DNA of 64,000 nt, from positions 46,726 through 110,725 of the forward strand of contig CACGHY010000001.1 of NCBI GenBank assembly GCA_902573085.1. Reading direction: 5' to 3'. This DNA comes from an uncultured Candidatus Poseidoniales archaeon. Its GTDB lineage: Archaea; Thermoplasmatota; Poseidoniia; Poseidoniales; Thalassarchaeaceae. The notes beneath the pieces were generated by a model that was given only the letters and a program-made list of their open reading frames with translations, did no database searches and was not told the origin of the DNA. Below are positions 10,063-20,300 of this stretch, one piece after another. Made by a program: the position numbers and the translations under genes. Numbering within the stretch: the stretch's first letter is position 1; every line of letters starts with the position of its first letter.

Positions 10063-11979
10063 ATGCGATTGACACTACCAGAGATAAAAAAGAAAATATC
10101 GAAGATAATACCAGAAGGTATCGATCACGAAGTCACACTAGAAGCTGGCTCTATCGCAATTATCACCAAACATCCCAAGGAGTTCTCAGGTGGAGGCGAG
10201 AGCCTAACGGTTAGGATTGCCAAATCCGTGAAACGCAGAGTTGTAATTAGGCCCCATCCAGAAATACTATCCGATGAACAGGCGGTTCATGATGCAGTCA
10301 ACAGCATAATTCCAGCCGAGGCAATGGTGAGAAACACATGGCTGGATCCAGCTCTATCTGAGGTAATTCTAGAATGCGATGATCCATCATCAGCCGTGGG
10401 CCCGAAAGGGTCCCACATTAATGCCCTGAGGGACGAAATCGGTTGGCTTGTTAAGGTAGAACGTGCTCCTGCCAGAGAGAGCAGAACTCAACATGACATC
10501 CGTCGTTACCGCAAAGAGTTAGCCGATGAACGGAAATCATTGTTGAAGAAATTCGGGACAAGAATATACCGTCCCCAGAGACCAGGGGAGCATTGGGTGA
10601 GAGTTTCGGCGTTGGGGTCATATCGCGAAGTTGGCCGAGCAATGCACTTGGTTACGACTAATGAATCCAAAGTTCTGGTAGATGTTGGGGCGAAACCTAC
10701 CAATAACCAGAACGAGGTTCAGCCATTCTTCTCGGCACCAGAACTTCTACCACTAGACAATCTAGATGCCGTGATTATCACGCATGCGCACGTGGACCAC
10801 ATAGCAATGCTGCCTGTCCTCTTCAAGTATGGATACAAGGGACCAGTGTATTGCACACCCCCGACTAGGGATCTGATGACCCTTCTCCAAATAGATTACA
10901 TCAAGGTTTCACAAGCAGAAGGCCATGAACCCCCGTATTCCAAAGCTGACATACAGGAATGCATTAAGCACGTTGTCGATGTTAATTGGGGAGACAAGAC
11001 TGACATAGCCCCTGATGTTAAGATGACAATGGAAAATGCAGGGCATATTTTGGGCTCTTCCAGTGTGTATATGCAAATAGGTGAAGGAAAGTCAGAGCAT
11101 CGACTTCTTTTTTCGGGCGACATCAAGTACGAAAAATCCTGGCTTTTCGATGCTGCTACTGTCAGATTTCCCAAAGTTGACACGCTCGTTATCGAGTCAA
11201 CTTATGGCGGGCCGCAGAGCATTCAGCCCACCAGGCATCAGGCTAGTCAGGAGCTTCAGGATCTTGTTTCTGACACCCTAAGTAGGAAGGGTAAGATATT
11301 CTGCCCGGTTTTCGCAGTTGGACGGTCACAGGAGGTAATGCTAGCAATTGATGAACTGTTCAAGTCTGGGCGCGTACAACCTGTCACCGTATGGCTCGAC
11401 GGAATGATTAGCGAGGCGAGCGCGATTCATTCAAGCCACCCCAACTTCCTCAATAAGGAGCTCAAGAAGAGCATGCTTAGAGGAGGGGACGAGAATCCCT
11501 TCAACTCCTCTTGGTTCAAGCAGGTCGACTCCAGGGAGATGCGTGAAACTATCCTCCTCGATCCAAGCCCTTGCATAGTTCTGGCTACCAGCGGTATGAT
11601 GACCGGCGGGCCGATCATAGAGTATCTGAAGCACTGGGCACCGGAACCAGGAAACACCCTATGCTTCGTAGGCTATCAGGCCTCTGGAACCCTTGGAAGA
11701 AGGCTACAGGAGGGACATTCTCACGTTCCGTTAATGGACAAGGGACAGACACTGATGCTCGATGTCAATTGCAACATGGTGATCATTGACGGGTTCAGCG
11801 GCCATTCAGACAGAAACCAACTTATGGATTATGTTTCGGCGCTAAATCCCACACCAAGGAAGATCATATGCCATCACGGCGATCCTCAGACCTGCAATGC
11901 ATTCAGAATGGGTCTTCGTGAAAAATTCAAGGTACAGACTTACGCACCTGCAAACCTGGAGACTCTTCGACTCTCTTGA
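10063..11979 (+). CDS. archaeal CPSF1/FttA (KH-KH-metallo-beta-lactamase-beta-CASP ribonuclease; transcription termination factor)
   Basis: N-terminal KH domains, the HAHVDH metallo-beta-lactamase motif and a beta-CASP C-terminus in about 640 aa. Sits in the conserved neighbourhood next to psmB. Confidence 0.85.
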   Translation: MRLTLPEIKKKISKIIPEGIDHEVTLEAGSIAIITKHPKEFSGGGESLTVRIAKSVKRRVVIRPHPEILSDEQAVHDAVNSIIPAEAMVRNTWLDPALSEVILECDDPSSAVGPKGSHINALRDEIGWLVKVERAPARESRTQHDIRRYRKELADERKSLLKKFGTRIYRPQRPGEHWVRVSALGSYREVGRAMHLVTTNESKVLVDVGAKPTNNQNEVQPFFSAPELLPLDNLDAVIITHAHVDHIAMLPVLFKYGYKGPVYCTPPTRDLMTLLQIDYIKVSQAEGHEPPYSKADIQECIKHVVDVNWGDKTDIAPDVKMTMENAGHILGSSSVYMQIGEGKSEHRLLFSGDIKYEKSWLFDAATVRFPKVDTLVIESTYGGPQSIQPTRHQASQELQDLVSDTLSRKGKIFCPVFAVGRSQEVMLAIDELFKSGRVQPVTVWLDGMISEASAIHSSHPNFLNKELKKSMLRGGDENPFNSSWFKQVDSREMRETILLDPSPCIVLATSGMMTGGPIIEYLKHWAPEPGNTLCFVGYQASGTLGRRLQEGHSHVPLMDKGQTLMLDVNCNMVIIDGFSGHSDRNQLMDYVSALNPTPRKIICHHGDPQTCNAFRMGLREKFKVQTYAPANLETLRLS

Positions 11980-12249
11980 TCATAAGACAGGAATATCAAA
12001 ACCAGCTTCTGCGGGATCTCCCACATTGCCATCTGTTTGGTCTTCGTTACCGTCGGTCCAATCTTCCATAGAATCAGATGCTACGTCCACTGGGTCCTTA
12101 TTCGCAGTTATTGATACGGCAACAGGAATAGGCGTAATCAGTAGCAGTGCCCAAGCTTCAGGGGTTATAGTCCCCTCAACTATCATAATTAGTACCGATA
12201 TCATCGCGATTATACAAGAAATCGAAACCGCAATCACGCTTCTCAGCAT
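11980..12249 (-). CDS. small hypothetical membrane protein
   Basis: Two hydrophobic helices at the N-terminus and an acidic C-terminal tail. No known motif. Confidence 0.3.
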   Translation of the reverse strand: MLRSVIAVSISCIIAMISVLIMIVEGTITPEAWALLLITPIPVAVSITANKDPVDVASDSMEDWTDGNEDQTDGNVGDPAEAGFDIPVL

Positions 12250-12320
12250 ACTTTCATATCGCTCTCAACAGATGTTTGTTATCTTTGTAACGACAAGGTG
12301 ATGAACCTTGGATTAATTCA

Positions 12321-12764
12321 TTGACTATGGGACTTGACTGGTGTCTAGTTAGGTGTAAGTGCGGTCATTCCTTCGGACACAGAAAGGGGAGCAACGCAAT
12401 ATGCACAATTTGCGGCTCTAGTGAAGTGAAAAAAGTCCACCAGTTCTCAGATTCAAGATCCTTGGCAAATGCAGTAGCTAAAGCAAATCTGCCGATAGAA
12501 CTCACAAAAGAGATGTCATCAAGACTCGAATCCAAGTCTGCTATTGAAGAAAACAGACAGCAAGGTCCCGTCAGCATTAGGGAAAGGGTCAGGCGCACAT
12601 TGCGTAGTGCGACCGATGAACAGGGAGTCTTACGTGAAAGCGCCATTAGAAGAGAGTTAGACGGGGCTGGTCTCGATGCAGAATCATGGGAATCCATCAT
12701 CGGAGGCGCAGAACTGGAGGGAATCTTAGTTCGATGCAGTAATGACTCATGGAGATGGGTCTAG
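12321..12764 (+). CDS. hypothetical zinc-ribbon protein
   Basis: CKCGHSF...CTICGS C4 zinc ribbon at the N-terminus, followed by a charged helical region. Confidence 0.35.
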   Translation: MTMGLDWCLVRCKCGHSFGHRKGSNAICTICGSSEVKKVHQFSDSRSLANAVAKANLPIELTKEMSSRLESKSAIEENRQQGPVSIRERVRRTLRSATDEQGVLRESAIRRELDGAGLDAESWESIIGGAELEGILVRCSNDSWRWV

Positions 12765-12802
12765 CAAAGTTCATGACCACAGCTAGTGCGCTTTGGGTTT
12801 AG

Positions 12803-12880
12803 GGGCCTGTGGGTTAGTCTGGTCTATGCTTGTTGCTTTGGGAGCAATAGACCCTGGTTCGAATCCAGGCAGGCCCACCA
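12803..12880 (+). tRNA. tRNA, probably tRNA-Pro (anticodon TGG), with an encoded CCA
   Basis: Perfect 7-bp acceptor stem (GGGCCTG/CAGGCCC), T-arm CCTGG-TTCGAAT-CCAGG, discriminator A and CCA. Best anticodon arm is GTTGC-tttggga-GCAAT, giving TGG. The D-arm is weak, with G-U pairs. Confidence 0.6.
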
Positions 12881-12912
12881 CTCGTTTGCCATCCCTGCAC
12901 GGTTGAGCCAAA

Positions 12913-13680
12913 CTATTGCAAATGCGTATTTATCGCTTCTATATCGAATTCTGAAACCGCTACTCTAATGGCTTCTTCTTTGGGGAACCATCTGGCTTCT
13001 TCTATTTCATCATCCTTGGGAGTTATTTTTTGTCCATGCAAGTCATCCTCACACTTGTAAGTGAATGAAACCCAATTTATCCCTTCATCATTGAAGATTT
13101 TTGATTGGATGATTGCACCTTCGGGATCTTTAACTATTGCTTGCTTTTTCAGTGGGTCTGGTATGTCAATAACCACGCCTAGCTCTTCTAGAGCTTCTCT
13201 TACAGCCGCTTCACGGGGGTGCTCGCCATAGTCGACGAATCCCCCAGGCAGTGTCCAACAACCTGTGAAGAACCCTCTCGAAACCTTGGCCAAAAGGACC
13301 TCCTCTCTGGAATTGGTAATGACAACCTTGCTGACAACCCGGTGTATTGACCTGTAGACTGATTCCCTTGCAACAGGATCCACAGCATTGTCGCTGATTA
13401 CAGAGTCCTTCCAAGCCCAGTTCTCTGGCCACGGGATTTCAGGCATTCCGTATACTACCACGGAGTCTACCCCTCCTAACCTGATTCTGTTAACCCTTCT
13501 TTTATTCCAAGTAATTCCCATTGATTCTGCCTCATCTATCGTGGGAAGTCTTATTGTTTCAGAACTATCAAATTTTAACCTACCCATTTGTGGAATCCTT
13601 GGGCCATTCCCATTATTATCAACGAGGAGAATCTTTCCATCATTTTCTAGATGGGCATATTCTCTTGTCAATGGTTTCAA
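12913..13680 (-). CDS. NUDIX hydrolase
   Basis: Nudix box GCWTLPGGFVDYGEHPREAAVREALEELG. Confidence 0.8.
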   Translation of the reverse strand: MKPLTREYAHLENDGKILLVDNNGNGPRIPQMGRLKFDSSETIRLPTIDEAESMGITWNKRRVNRIRLGGVDSVVVYGMPEIPWPENWAWKDSVISDNAVDPVARESVYRSIHRVVSKVVITNSREEVLLAKVSRGFFTGCWTLPGGFVDYGEHPREAAVREALEELGVVIDIPDPLKKQAIVKDPEGAIIQSKIFNDEGINWVSFTYKCEDDLHGQKITPKDDEIEEARWFPKEEAIRVAVSEFDIEAINTHLQ

Positions 13681-13690
13681 CCTCGTAACT

Positions 13691-14641
13691 TCAGTATCCC
13701 AGGATTTCAGAAAGTTGCTCTTTGTAGAAGGAACCGGAGCCCTGTAGGCTTTCCAACTCCTTTTCAGCTAGTTCGAGCTCTATGACCCTCTCCACTCCAT
13801 CTTTACCGAGAACTACTGGTACTCCGATGTATATATCATCCATTCCATATTCTCCCGAAAGGTAAGTGCTACATGGAAGAACCCTTTTCCTATCTTCGAG
13901 AATCGCTTCGGCCATTATTGCAGCCGCGCTTCCCGGAGCATAGAATGCACTGCCCTTCTCCAGTAACTTCACAATTTCTCCTCCACCGCTGGCTGTCCTC
14001 TGGCAGATTGCCTCTATTTCTTCATCGCTCAGAAGCTGACTCACTGGGATTCCATTCACAGTTGTGTATCTTGGAAGTGGGACCATGGTATCTCCATGAC
14101 CGCCCAGAACCATCGCCTGCACATCTTCATTACTGCATCCGACAGACTGTGCGATGAAGTGTGTCATCCTCGCACTATCCAATATTCCTGCTTGGCCCAC
14201 TACTCTACTGTGTTCAAATCCTGTTACTCTCTGCATATGGTAAGTCATCAGGTCCAAGGGATTGGTCACCATCACAACAACCGAATTGGGAGCGTGCTGC
14301 TTTATGCCTTCACCTACCTGTGAGACTATGTCTGCGTTTTTTCCAATCAGATCCTCCCTTGTCATCCCGGGTTGCCTAGGAAATCCAGAAGTAACAACCA
14401 CTACATCAGAATTAGCGATGTCTGCATAATCCTTCGTTCCTGTTATACGGCCATCGTAGTTTAGTACCCCTCCTCCTTGGCTCATGTCGAGTGCCTTGCC
14501 CTTGGCAAATCCTTCATAGATATCCAGTAGGACTACCTGTCCTACCTTCCTTTCTGCGAGAACGAACGCACAAGTTGCTCCTACATTTCCCGCTCCTATA
14601 ACTGCGACCTTCTTTGATCCATTTGTCATGTGTGTGGGCAA
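13691..14641 (-). CDS. mdh: malate dehydrogenase (LDH-like family)
   Basis: VAVIGAGNVG Rossmann motif, the substrate-loop ...GFPRQPGMTREDL..., and about 310 aa. Confidence 0.8.
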   Translation of the reverse strand: MPTHMTNGSKKVAVIGAGNVGATCAFVLAERKVGQVVLLDIYEGFAKGKALDMSQGGGVLNYDGRITGTKDYADIANSDVVVVTSGFPRQPGMTREDLIGKNADIVSQVGEGIKQHAPNSVVVMVTNPLDLMTYHMQRVTGFEHSRVVGQAGILDSARMTHFIAQSVGCSNEDVQAMVLGGHGDTMVPLPRYTTVNGIPVSQLLSDEEIEAICQRTASGGGEIVKLLEKGSAFYAPGSAAAIMAEAILEDRKRVLPCSTYLSGEYGMDDIYIGVPVVLGKDGVERVIELELAEKELESLQGSGSFYKEQLSEILGY

Positions 14642-14707
14642 ATGGTTACAGTCTTAGCACTTTGGAGGAGAATAGTTCAAAACCGTGACCAACTATATTG
14701 ACTAGAG

Positions 14708-15409
14708 GTGTTATTTTCAAATGTGGCTAGCATACAGAATTCCGTAATTCCACTAGCGCTGGTTGCCTTCGTACCTACATTTTCGATATTATTCACGTTA
14801 AACTACAATGATGACGAGTTCACCTCTCAGATATTTTTCATAATATGCAAGATTTGGCTTCTTCTGGCTCCAGCATATTGGTATATTAGAGTAGAGAAAA
14901 ACTCGCCATCTTGGTCACTCCCTTCCAAAAATGGTCTAGTTGTTGGAGCAATATCAGGAATAATTTTGTCCATAATCATCATTGTAACTTGGCTTGTATT
15001 CGGTGATACTTTAGATACGGACTCAATGATTTCTAAGCTGGATAGCACGGGTCTCACTGAATTCCGTGTTTATCTTGCAGCTATGATTTACTGGATATTC
15101 CTCAATAGTCTACTCGAGGAGTATGTCTTCAGGTGGTTTGTAACAATTAAGTCAATAGAACTCCTTGGAAGCGAGTCCAGAGCGATAGTCTTCTCAGCCA
15201 TTCTCTTCACGCTTCATCATGCTATTGCACTACACTATTTTGGATTTGTTTGGTGGCAAACAGTAATGGCTTGCTTGGGACTTTTATCAGCAGCTGCATT
15301 TTGGTCCTGGCTCTATGTCAGATACGGATCTGTTTGGGTTTGTTGGTTCTCGCACGCTGTATGCGATGTTGCAGTATTTGGAATCGGATACATGATTATT
15401 TTTAGCTAA
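14708..15409 (+). CDS. CPBP family intramembrane glutamic endopeptidase (CAAX protease-like)
   Basis: Motifs EExxxR (LLEEYVFRWF), FxxxH (FTLHHA) and a HxxxD-like motif in a multi-TM protein. Confidence 0.6.
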   Translation: MLFSNVASIQNSVIPLALVAFVPTFSILFTLNYNDDEFTSQIFFIICKIWLLLAPAYWYIRVEKNSPSWSLPSKNGLVVGAISGIILSIIIIVTWLVFGDTLDTDSMISKLDSTGLTEFRVYLAAMIYWIFLNSLLEEYVFRWFVTIKSIELLGSESRAIVFSAILFTLHHAIALHYFGFVWWQTVMACLGLLSAAAFWSWLYVRYGSVWVCWFSHAVCDVAVFGIGYMIIFS

Positions 15410-15473
15410 CTAATTTGAGAAAGTTTCTAGCCGACGGCTTCAATAACATCCCTCAATTGGAGGATTTACTAAA

Positions 15474-16649
15474 TTGGGTGATGAAATGAGACTTGGCGTG
15501 CTTAAGGAGCCTGAAGGTGAGAATCGTGTGTCTATAATTCCTAACTCGTGCAAGAAGCTGAACAGGTTAGGCTTCGAATTAACTGTAGAATCTGGGGCCG
15601 GTGTAATTTCGCACTACAGCGACAATGAATACAAATCCGCCGGATTTACAGTATCCGACAAAACCTCAGTCCTTGAATCCGAAATAGTAGTTTCAATATC
15701 AATGCCCGACCTTTCATATGCTAAAGAAGGTCAGATATTTGTCTGCGTTTCAGATCCATTCCGAAATCCTACCGTGGTTAAACAGGCCATTGAAAAGAAA
15801 ATCACCCTAATCAGTATGGATATGATTCCACGTAGACTTTCTAGGGCGCAAGCAATGGATGTTAATTCCAGTCAAGACAATATCGCCGGTTACAAGGCTG
15901 TTTTGCTCGGAGCAGCCCATGTTCCAAGGGGGATACCTATGATGACTACAAGTGCTGGTACGGTAAGGCCTTCCAAGTTTGTTATCATGGGTTCTGGTGT
16001 AGCCGGCCTACAGGCTATAGCCACTGCCAAGAGATTAGGGGCCATTGTCTACGCTTCAGATGTGAGAAAATCTGCTGCAGAGCAAATTGAATCTGTAGGG
16101 GGGCGTTTCATCGAAGTTGATGGAATGGACGACTTCGAAGACGAATCCGGTTATGCTAAACCACTTACACCGGAGTTTATCCAGAAGGTGAATGATACCG
16201 TATGCGAGGTGGCAAGAGATGCCGATGTAATCATTACTACGGCTAGGATTTTTGGTAGGCCCGCACCAATCACCGTTCCGGCTTCTGCAATTTCTACTTT
16301 CAAGCCGGGATCTGTTGTAGTGGACATGAATGCTGATGTCGGAGGCAACTGTGAGCTGACTAAGCGAGGCGAGGTATTCGTCACAGAAAACGGCGTAACT
16401 ATTGTTGGTACGACGAATCTTCCTGGTGAGCTGTCTACTACTGCAAGTATGCTATATTCCAACAATATGGTCACGTTCCTTTCCACACTTGTCAGTCAGG
16501 AGTCAATCTCCATCGACCTCGATGACTCTATTCTAGTCGGGGCACCAGAAGGGGACGAGTTCTACGTTCCGGGAATGGGTGGAGTTCTATTGTGCCACCA
16601 AGGTGAGATTCACCACAAACAAGGTCGACTTTCGGAGGTGGTAAACTAA
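15474..16649 (+). CDS. pntAA: NAD(P) transhydrogenase subunit alpha part 1
   Basis: AlaDH/PNT N- and C-domains with NAD-binding GSGVAGLQAIATAKRLGA. Confidence 0.8.
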   Translation: MGDEMRLGVLKEPEGENRVSIIPNSCKKLNRLGFELTVESGAGVISHYSDNEYKSAGFTVSDKTSVLESEIVVSISMPDLSYAKEGQIFVCVSDPFRNPTVVKQAIEKKITLISMDMIPRRLSRAQAMDVNSSQDNIAGYKAVLLGAAHVPRGIPMMTTSAGTVRPSKFVIMGSGVAGLQAIATAKRLGAIVYASDVRKSAAEQIESVGGRFIEVDGMDDFEDESGYAKPLTPEFIQKVNDTVCEVARDADVIITTARIFGRPAPITVPASAISTFKPGSVVVDMNADVGGNCELTKRGEVFVTENGVTIVGTTNLPGELSTTASMLYSNNMVTFLSTLVSQESISIDLDDSILVGAPEGDEFYVPGMGGVLLCHQGEIHHKQGRLSEVVN

Positions 16650-16963
16650 TGCTCACAACCGCTACTCTGGTGGCTAGCATTACTGTTTTCGTACTGGCGA
16701 TTTTCCTAGGTTTCGAGTTGATAAGCAAAGTCCCCCCTACTCTACACACGCCACTGATGTCAGGGGCTAACGCCATTTCTGGTATCACTATCGTAGGTGC
16801 GTTGATACTTTCGAATGTCGAATTCAACAATGGAAATCCAGGCACTGCCTCCTGGTTGGCATTCGTTGCTTTGGTTATGGCCACGATCAACGTAGTTGGA
16901 GGGTTCATGGTTACCAACAAGATGCTAGAGATGATTGCCGGAAAGAAGAGAGGTGGCAACTGA
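16649..16963 (+). CDS. pntAB: NAD(P) transhydrogenase subunit alpha part 2 (membrane)
   Basis: 104-aa, 3-TM protein following pntAA. Its start overlaps the pntAA stop. Confidence 0.75.
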   Translation: MLTTATLVASITVFVLAIFLGFELISKVPPTLHTPLMSGANAISGITIVGALILSNVEFNNGNPGTASWLAFVALVMATINVVGGFMVTNKMLEMIAGKKRGGN

Positions 16964-18408
16964 TGGTCGACTCGGTTGTCTGGGACATAGGTTATCTTGT
17001 ATCGGCAGCTCTGTTCATCTTCGGCATAAAACGCCTTTCCAGTCCCAAGACTGCCCCCCAGGGAAATCGTCTTGGTGCCTATGGGATGCTTCTTGCAGTT
17101 CTAGTCACACTGGTGAAGATGTATTCTGAAGGAATCATCGGAATCGAGCTGATAGTAGCCGGGCTAGCTATAGGTGCCATTATTGGATATATCATGGCTA
17201 CTACAGTTGAGATGACTGAGATGCCTGAACTGGTCGCACTTTTCAACGGGTTTGGTGGAGGGGCATCTGCACTTGTTGGCCTTTCAGAAGTCTTGAAGCG
17301 ACTGCAGGAGGGGCAAATCCCAGATGCAGGCATCGAACTATATGCCACATGGATCGCAATAGGACTTTCCGGAGTCGTCGGATGGGTTACACTTACCGGC
17401 AGCCTCATGGCTATGGGGAAACTCAGGGGAGGCTTCTACATCCCTCTTACAAAAAAAGATGATAGGGGTCGGAGAAAATGGGTGAGCTTCCCCACTTGGG
17501 GCCCCCCATGGCTGAATTACGTTAAGGGCGCGATATTGATTTGTTGCATATCTCTGATCGGACTAACAATCCAAGAACCCGGGAATTACGATTACATATA
17601 TTCACTCGTCGGTCTCTCCTGTCTACTGGGCGTGCTATTCGTTATTCCAATTGGGGGTGCTGACATGCCAGTTGTTGTAAGCCTGCTTAATTCTATGTCA
17701 GGAATTGCCGCAGCTTTCACCGGTTTCGTGATAGGAAACAATGTCCTGATCATTGCTGGCTCTATGGTGGGAGCAGCCGGACTCATCCTGACATTCATTA
17801 TGTGCAAAGCGATGAACAGAACACTCACTGCGGTTCTTTTCAAATCATTCGGAGGGGGTGGACGTGAGTCAGTAACCAGAACCAAAGTAGGCAGCGATCC
17901 CGAGGAAGTAGCAATGGTTTGCGATGGTATAAGCAAGTGCGTTATTATTCCTGGATATGGCATGGCTGTTAGCCAGGCACAGCATGCCGTCAAGGAGTTC
18001 GCCGACCTTCTTGGATCTCAAGGAGTGGAGGTTTCCTATGGTATCCATCCAGTCGCTGGTAGGATGCCAGGCCACATGAATGTCTTATTGGCCGAGGCAA
18101 GCGTTCCATACGAACAGCTCATCGAGATGGACGACATAAATTCGGAACTCCCTGAGACTGACGTTGCTCTCATTATAGGTGCCAATGATACGATTAATCC
18201 AGTGGCTCGTACAGGCGAGGGGCCACTCGGTGGAATGCCCATCATCGACGCCGACAAGGCGAGAGTTGTTGTTATCATCAAGAGGAGCCTTTCTGTCGGT
18301 TATGCAGGTGTTGACAATGACCTATTCTATGATGACAAGACTATGATGCTGTTCGGTGACGGCAAGAAGATGATGAATGAATTGAATTCCTCTATCAAGG
18401 AGTTATGA
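16963..18408 (+). CDS. pntB: NAD(P) transhydrogenase subunit beta
   Basis: Multi-TM N-terminus plus a C-terminal NADP(H)-binding dIII domain (...GYGMAVSQAQH..., ...GANDTINP...). Confidence 0.8.
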   Translation: MVDSVVWDIGYLVSAALFIFGIKRLSSPKTAPQGNRLGAYGMLLAVLVTLVKMYSEGIIGIELIVAGLAIGAIIGYIMATTVEMTEMPELVALFNGFGGGASALVGLSEVLKRLQEGQIPDAGIELYATWIAIGLSGVVGWVTLTGSLMAMGKLRGGFYIPLTKKDDRGRRKWVSFPTWGPPWLNYVKGAILICCISLIGLTIQEPGNYDYIYSLVGLSCLLGVLFVIPIGGADMPVVVSLLNSMSGIAAAFTGFVIGNNVLIIAGSMVGAAGLILTFIMCKAMNRTLTAVLFKSFGGGGRESVTRTKVGSDPEEVAMVCDGISKCVIIPGYGMAVSQAQHAVKEFADLLGSQGVEVSYGIHPVAGRMPGHMNVLLAEASVPYEQLIEMDDINSELPETDVALIIGANDTINPVARTGEGPLGGMPIIDADKARVVVIIKRSLSVGYAGVDNDLFYDDKTMMLFGDGKKMMNELNSSIKEL

Positions 18409-18441
18409 GGCCTACCACCCCCAACCGTTATTTGACATCGA

Positions 18442-19488
18442 TTGCGAGAAAGGATTAGTGGTAACATGCGTGTAAGCATCAGTCGCAGCTTCGTATGCCT
18501 CATCGTTGTCGCTGCGGTATCTATCCCCGCTCTCGGTATGAGCAATGGTCCCGGAGCATACAATTCCAACGATGAGTTGACCGTAAAGTACGGTTGCTCC
18601 TGCCATAACAACGGCGCACCATCAGAGAGAGCAGTCGTAATGGTCACTGGTGTGCCACTGATGTACGAGCCATCCGAGAGTTACCAACTTACTATCAGAG
18701 TAGCCGATTCTCTTACACTATCGGGCGGTGAAGGAAACACACAAGCTGGCTTCTTACTTTCTTCTGACTCAATTGGCAACTTTACTTGGCAAGACGACCA
18801 AGAAATACGGTACGCAGAGGGTCGAACTGATGATGTTTCCCACTCAGACACGGATCTTGATGGATCATGGATATTGACATGGACTGCTCCCGATGACGAC
18901 ATGGGCATAGTACAATTTTGGGTAGTCGGAAATTCGGTAGATGGAGGGGGGATACCCGACGAAATGGATTACTGGAACGTACTGTCTTTCTCAATCAACC
19001 CACCTGGAACTATAACCACGGACGAGAGCGGATCAACCTTGGAAACCCGAACCATCTCTGTAGGTACATATGACTCGCTATTCCTGCTAGAAGTGTCCGA
19101 AGAGCAACTCGAGAAGGAACGTCAGGATGCGATATCAAATAGGGTATTCTCACAAGGCAACCTGTTCTACTGGACTAGTCTAACTGCTCTTATAGTTGGG
19201 GCGGTTGTTCAGAAAGAGATTCTCGAACGCAGATATGGTGATGGACCAGAATTCCTGGCCAGTGAACTAGCCTATCCCCAGGGTTTCCGTAGGGGTTTCG
19301 GGTGTTTGCTATCGTTCTACCTCGGGGTCAGCTGGGCTAGCTCTGATACGCCCATTGTTTTCCAAGGAGTAGACTTCACATACTTCGCTACAGGTACAAC
19401 GTTCTTCGTTAGTGCTTGGGCTGCGTATGGAGTATACAGAACGGTTCTTGCAGCCAGAACCTTGCCAGATGCGAAGGATGTATTGTGA
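18442..19488 (+). CDS. hypothetical secreted/membrane protein with an N-terminal beta-rich domain (GCSCH motif) and C-terminal TM helices
   Basis: Signal anchor, acidic extracytoplasmic domain and 3 predicted C-terminal TM segments. No confident family assignment. Confidence 0.35.
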   Translation: MRERISGNMRVSISRSFVCLIVVAAVSIPALGMSNGPGAYNSNDELTVKYGCSCHNNGAPSERAVVMVTGVPLMYEPSESYQLTIRVADSLTLSGGEGNTQAGFLLSSDSIGNFTWQDDQEIRYAEGRTDDVSHSDTDLDGSWILTWTAPDDDMGIVQFWVVGNSVDGGGIPDEMDYWNVLSFSINPPGTITTDESGSTLETRTISVGTYDSLFLLEVSEEQLEKERQDAISNRVFSQGNLFYWTSLTALIVGAVVQKEILERRYGDGPEFLASELAYPQGFRRGFGCLLSFYLGVSWASSDTPIVFQGVDFTYFATGTTFFVSAWAAYGVYRTVLAARTLPDAKDVL

Positions 19489-20225
19489 CAAGCAAATTCG
19501 TCGACAACTTCCCGAAACGGGATTTCCAAGAACACCTGCGAGACCTGAATACAATAGCCCGTAAGATCTCATTTGCACTGATTATAATGTGCCTTTTTTG
19601 GTCCTTCTCAATAGACCATATGATCACTCACTGGCTCGGTGCGTTGTCCTTTGATACGATTCCCAACCAAGAAAATATGTCTATCTATGGGCCCTTCGAT
19701 TGGTTAAACCTAAGGTGGACCGCCGTGATTCTTCTGGCATTTTTGTCATTGCTCCCATTGATTTCAATACAGGCTTACTTTTTCGCTAGACCTGGCCTCT
19801 ACCCATCAGAGCGTATTTGGCTGATATCGGTACTAATTCTAACGACAATTGTCATACCAATCGTCATTTTCCTAATATGGTATCAAGGTCTGCAATTACT
19901 TTTTTTCCTGTCCGAGATCACTGGCAGACCAGATGGAGTGCTTGTTAGATACGACGCCTCGTCTATATTCTCCATTGGGATAGCAATTTCATGGGTACTT
20001 GGTATCTGGTCTGTCACAACGATTTCCCTCTCCTTGACCAGAATATTTGGCATCACAAATAACGGCGAGTTGAAGTTCAGGAAGCGTTTACTAGCAATCT
20101 CAACAAGCGTGATAATTCTAACTCTACCCATAGAGTTCGATGGATTGAAGATAATAATTGCATTACTTTCCGCAATATTAGCCGACCTCGTATCAAGCTC
20201 CATCCCGGTTAGAGTAATCGACTAA
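19485..20225 (+). CDS. tatC: Sec-independent protein translocase TatC
   Basis: Likely GTG start at 19485 (GTGA overlap with the upstream stop). N-terminal ...FPKRDFQEHLRDLNTIARKISFALIIM... matches the TatC consensus h.ELR.Rl, followed by 6 TM helices. Confidence 0.6.
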   Translation: MTSKFVDNFPKRDFQEHLRDLNTIARKISFALIIMCLFWSFSIDHMITHWLGALSFDTIPNQENMSIYGPFDWLNLRWTAVILLAFLSLLPLISIQAYFFARPGLYPSERIWLISVLILTTIVIPIVIFLIWYQGLQLLFFLSEITGRPDGVLVRYDASSIFSIGIAISWVLGIWSVTTISLSLTRIFGITNNGELKFRKRLLAISTSVIILTLPIEFDGLKIIIALLSAILADLVSSSIPVRVID

Positions 20226-20300
20226 AAGGCCGGACAAACCTGACTCAACTAGGTACCACATGGGGATTGATTTGAAAGCATTAACTAACGGCCTGAAGAT

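Noticed and set aside
12786-12968. 60-aa plus-strand ORF
   Set aside because: It overlaps the tRNA at 12803..12880, so it is spurious.
18590-18620. YGCSCH as a c-type heme-binding site
   Set aside because: It is CxCH, not CxxCH. There is no second supporting feature, so it is reported only as an oddity.
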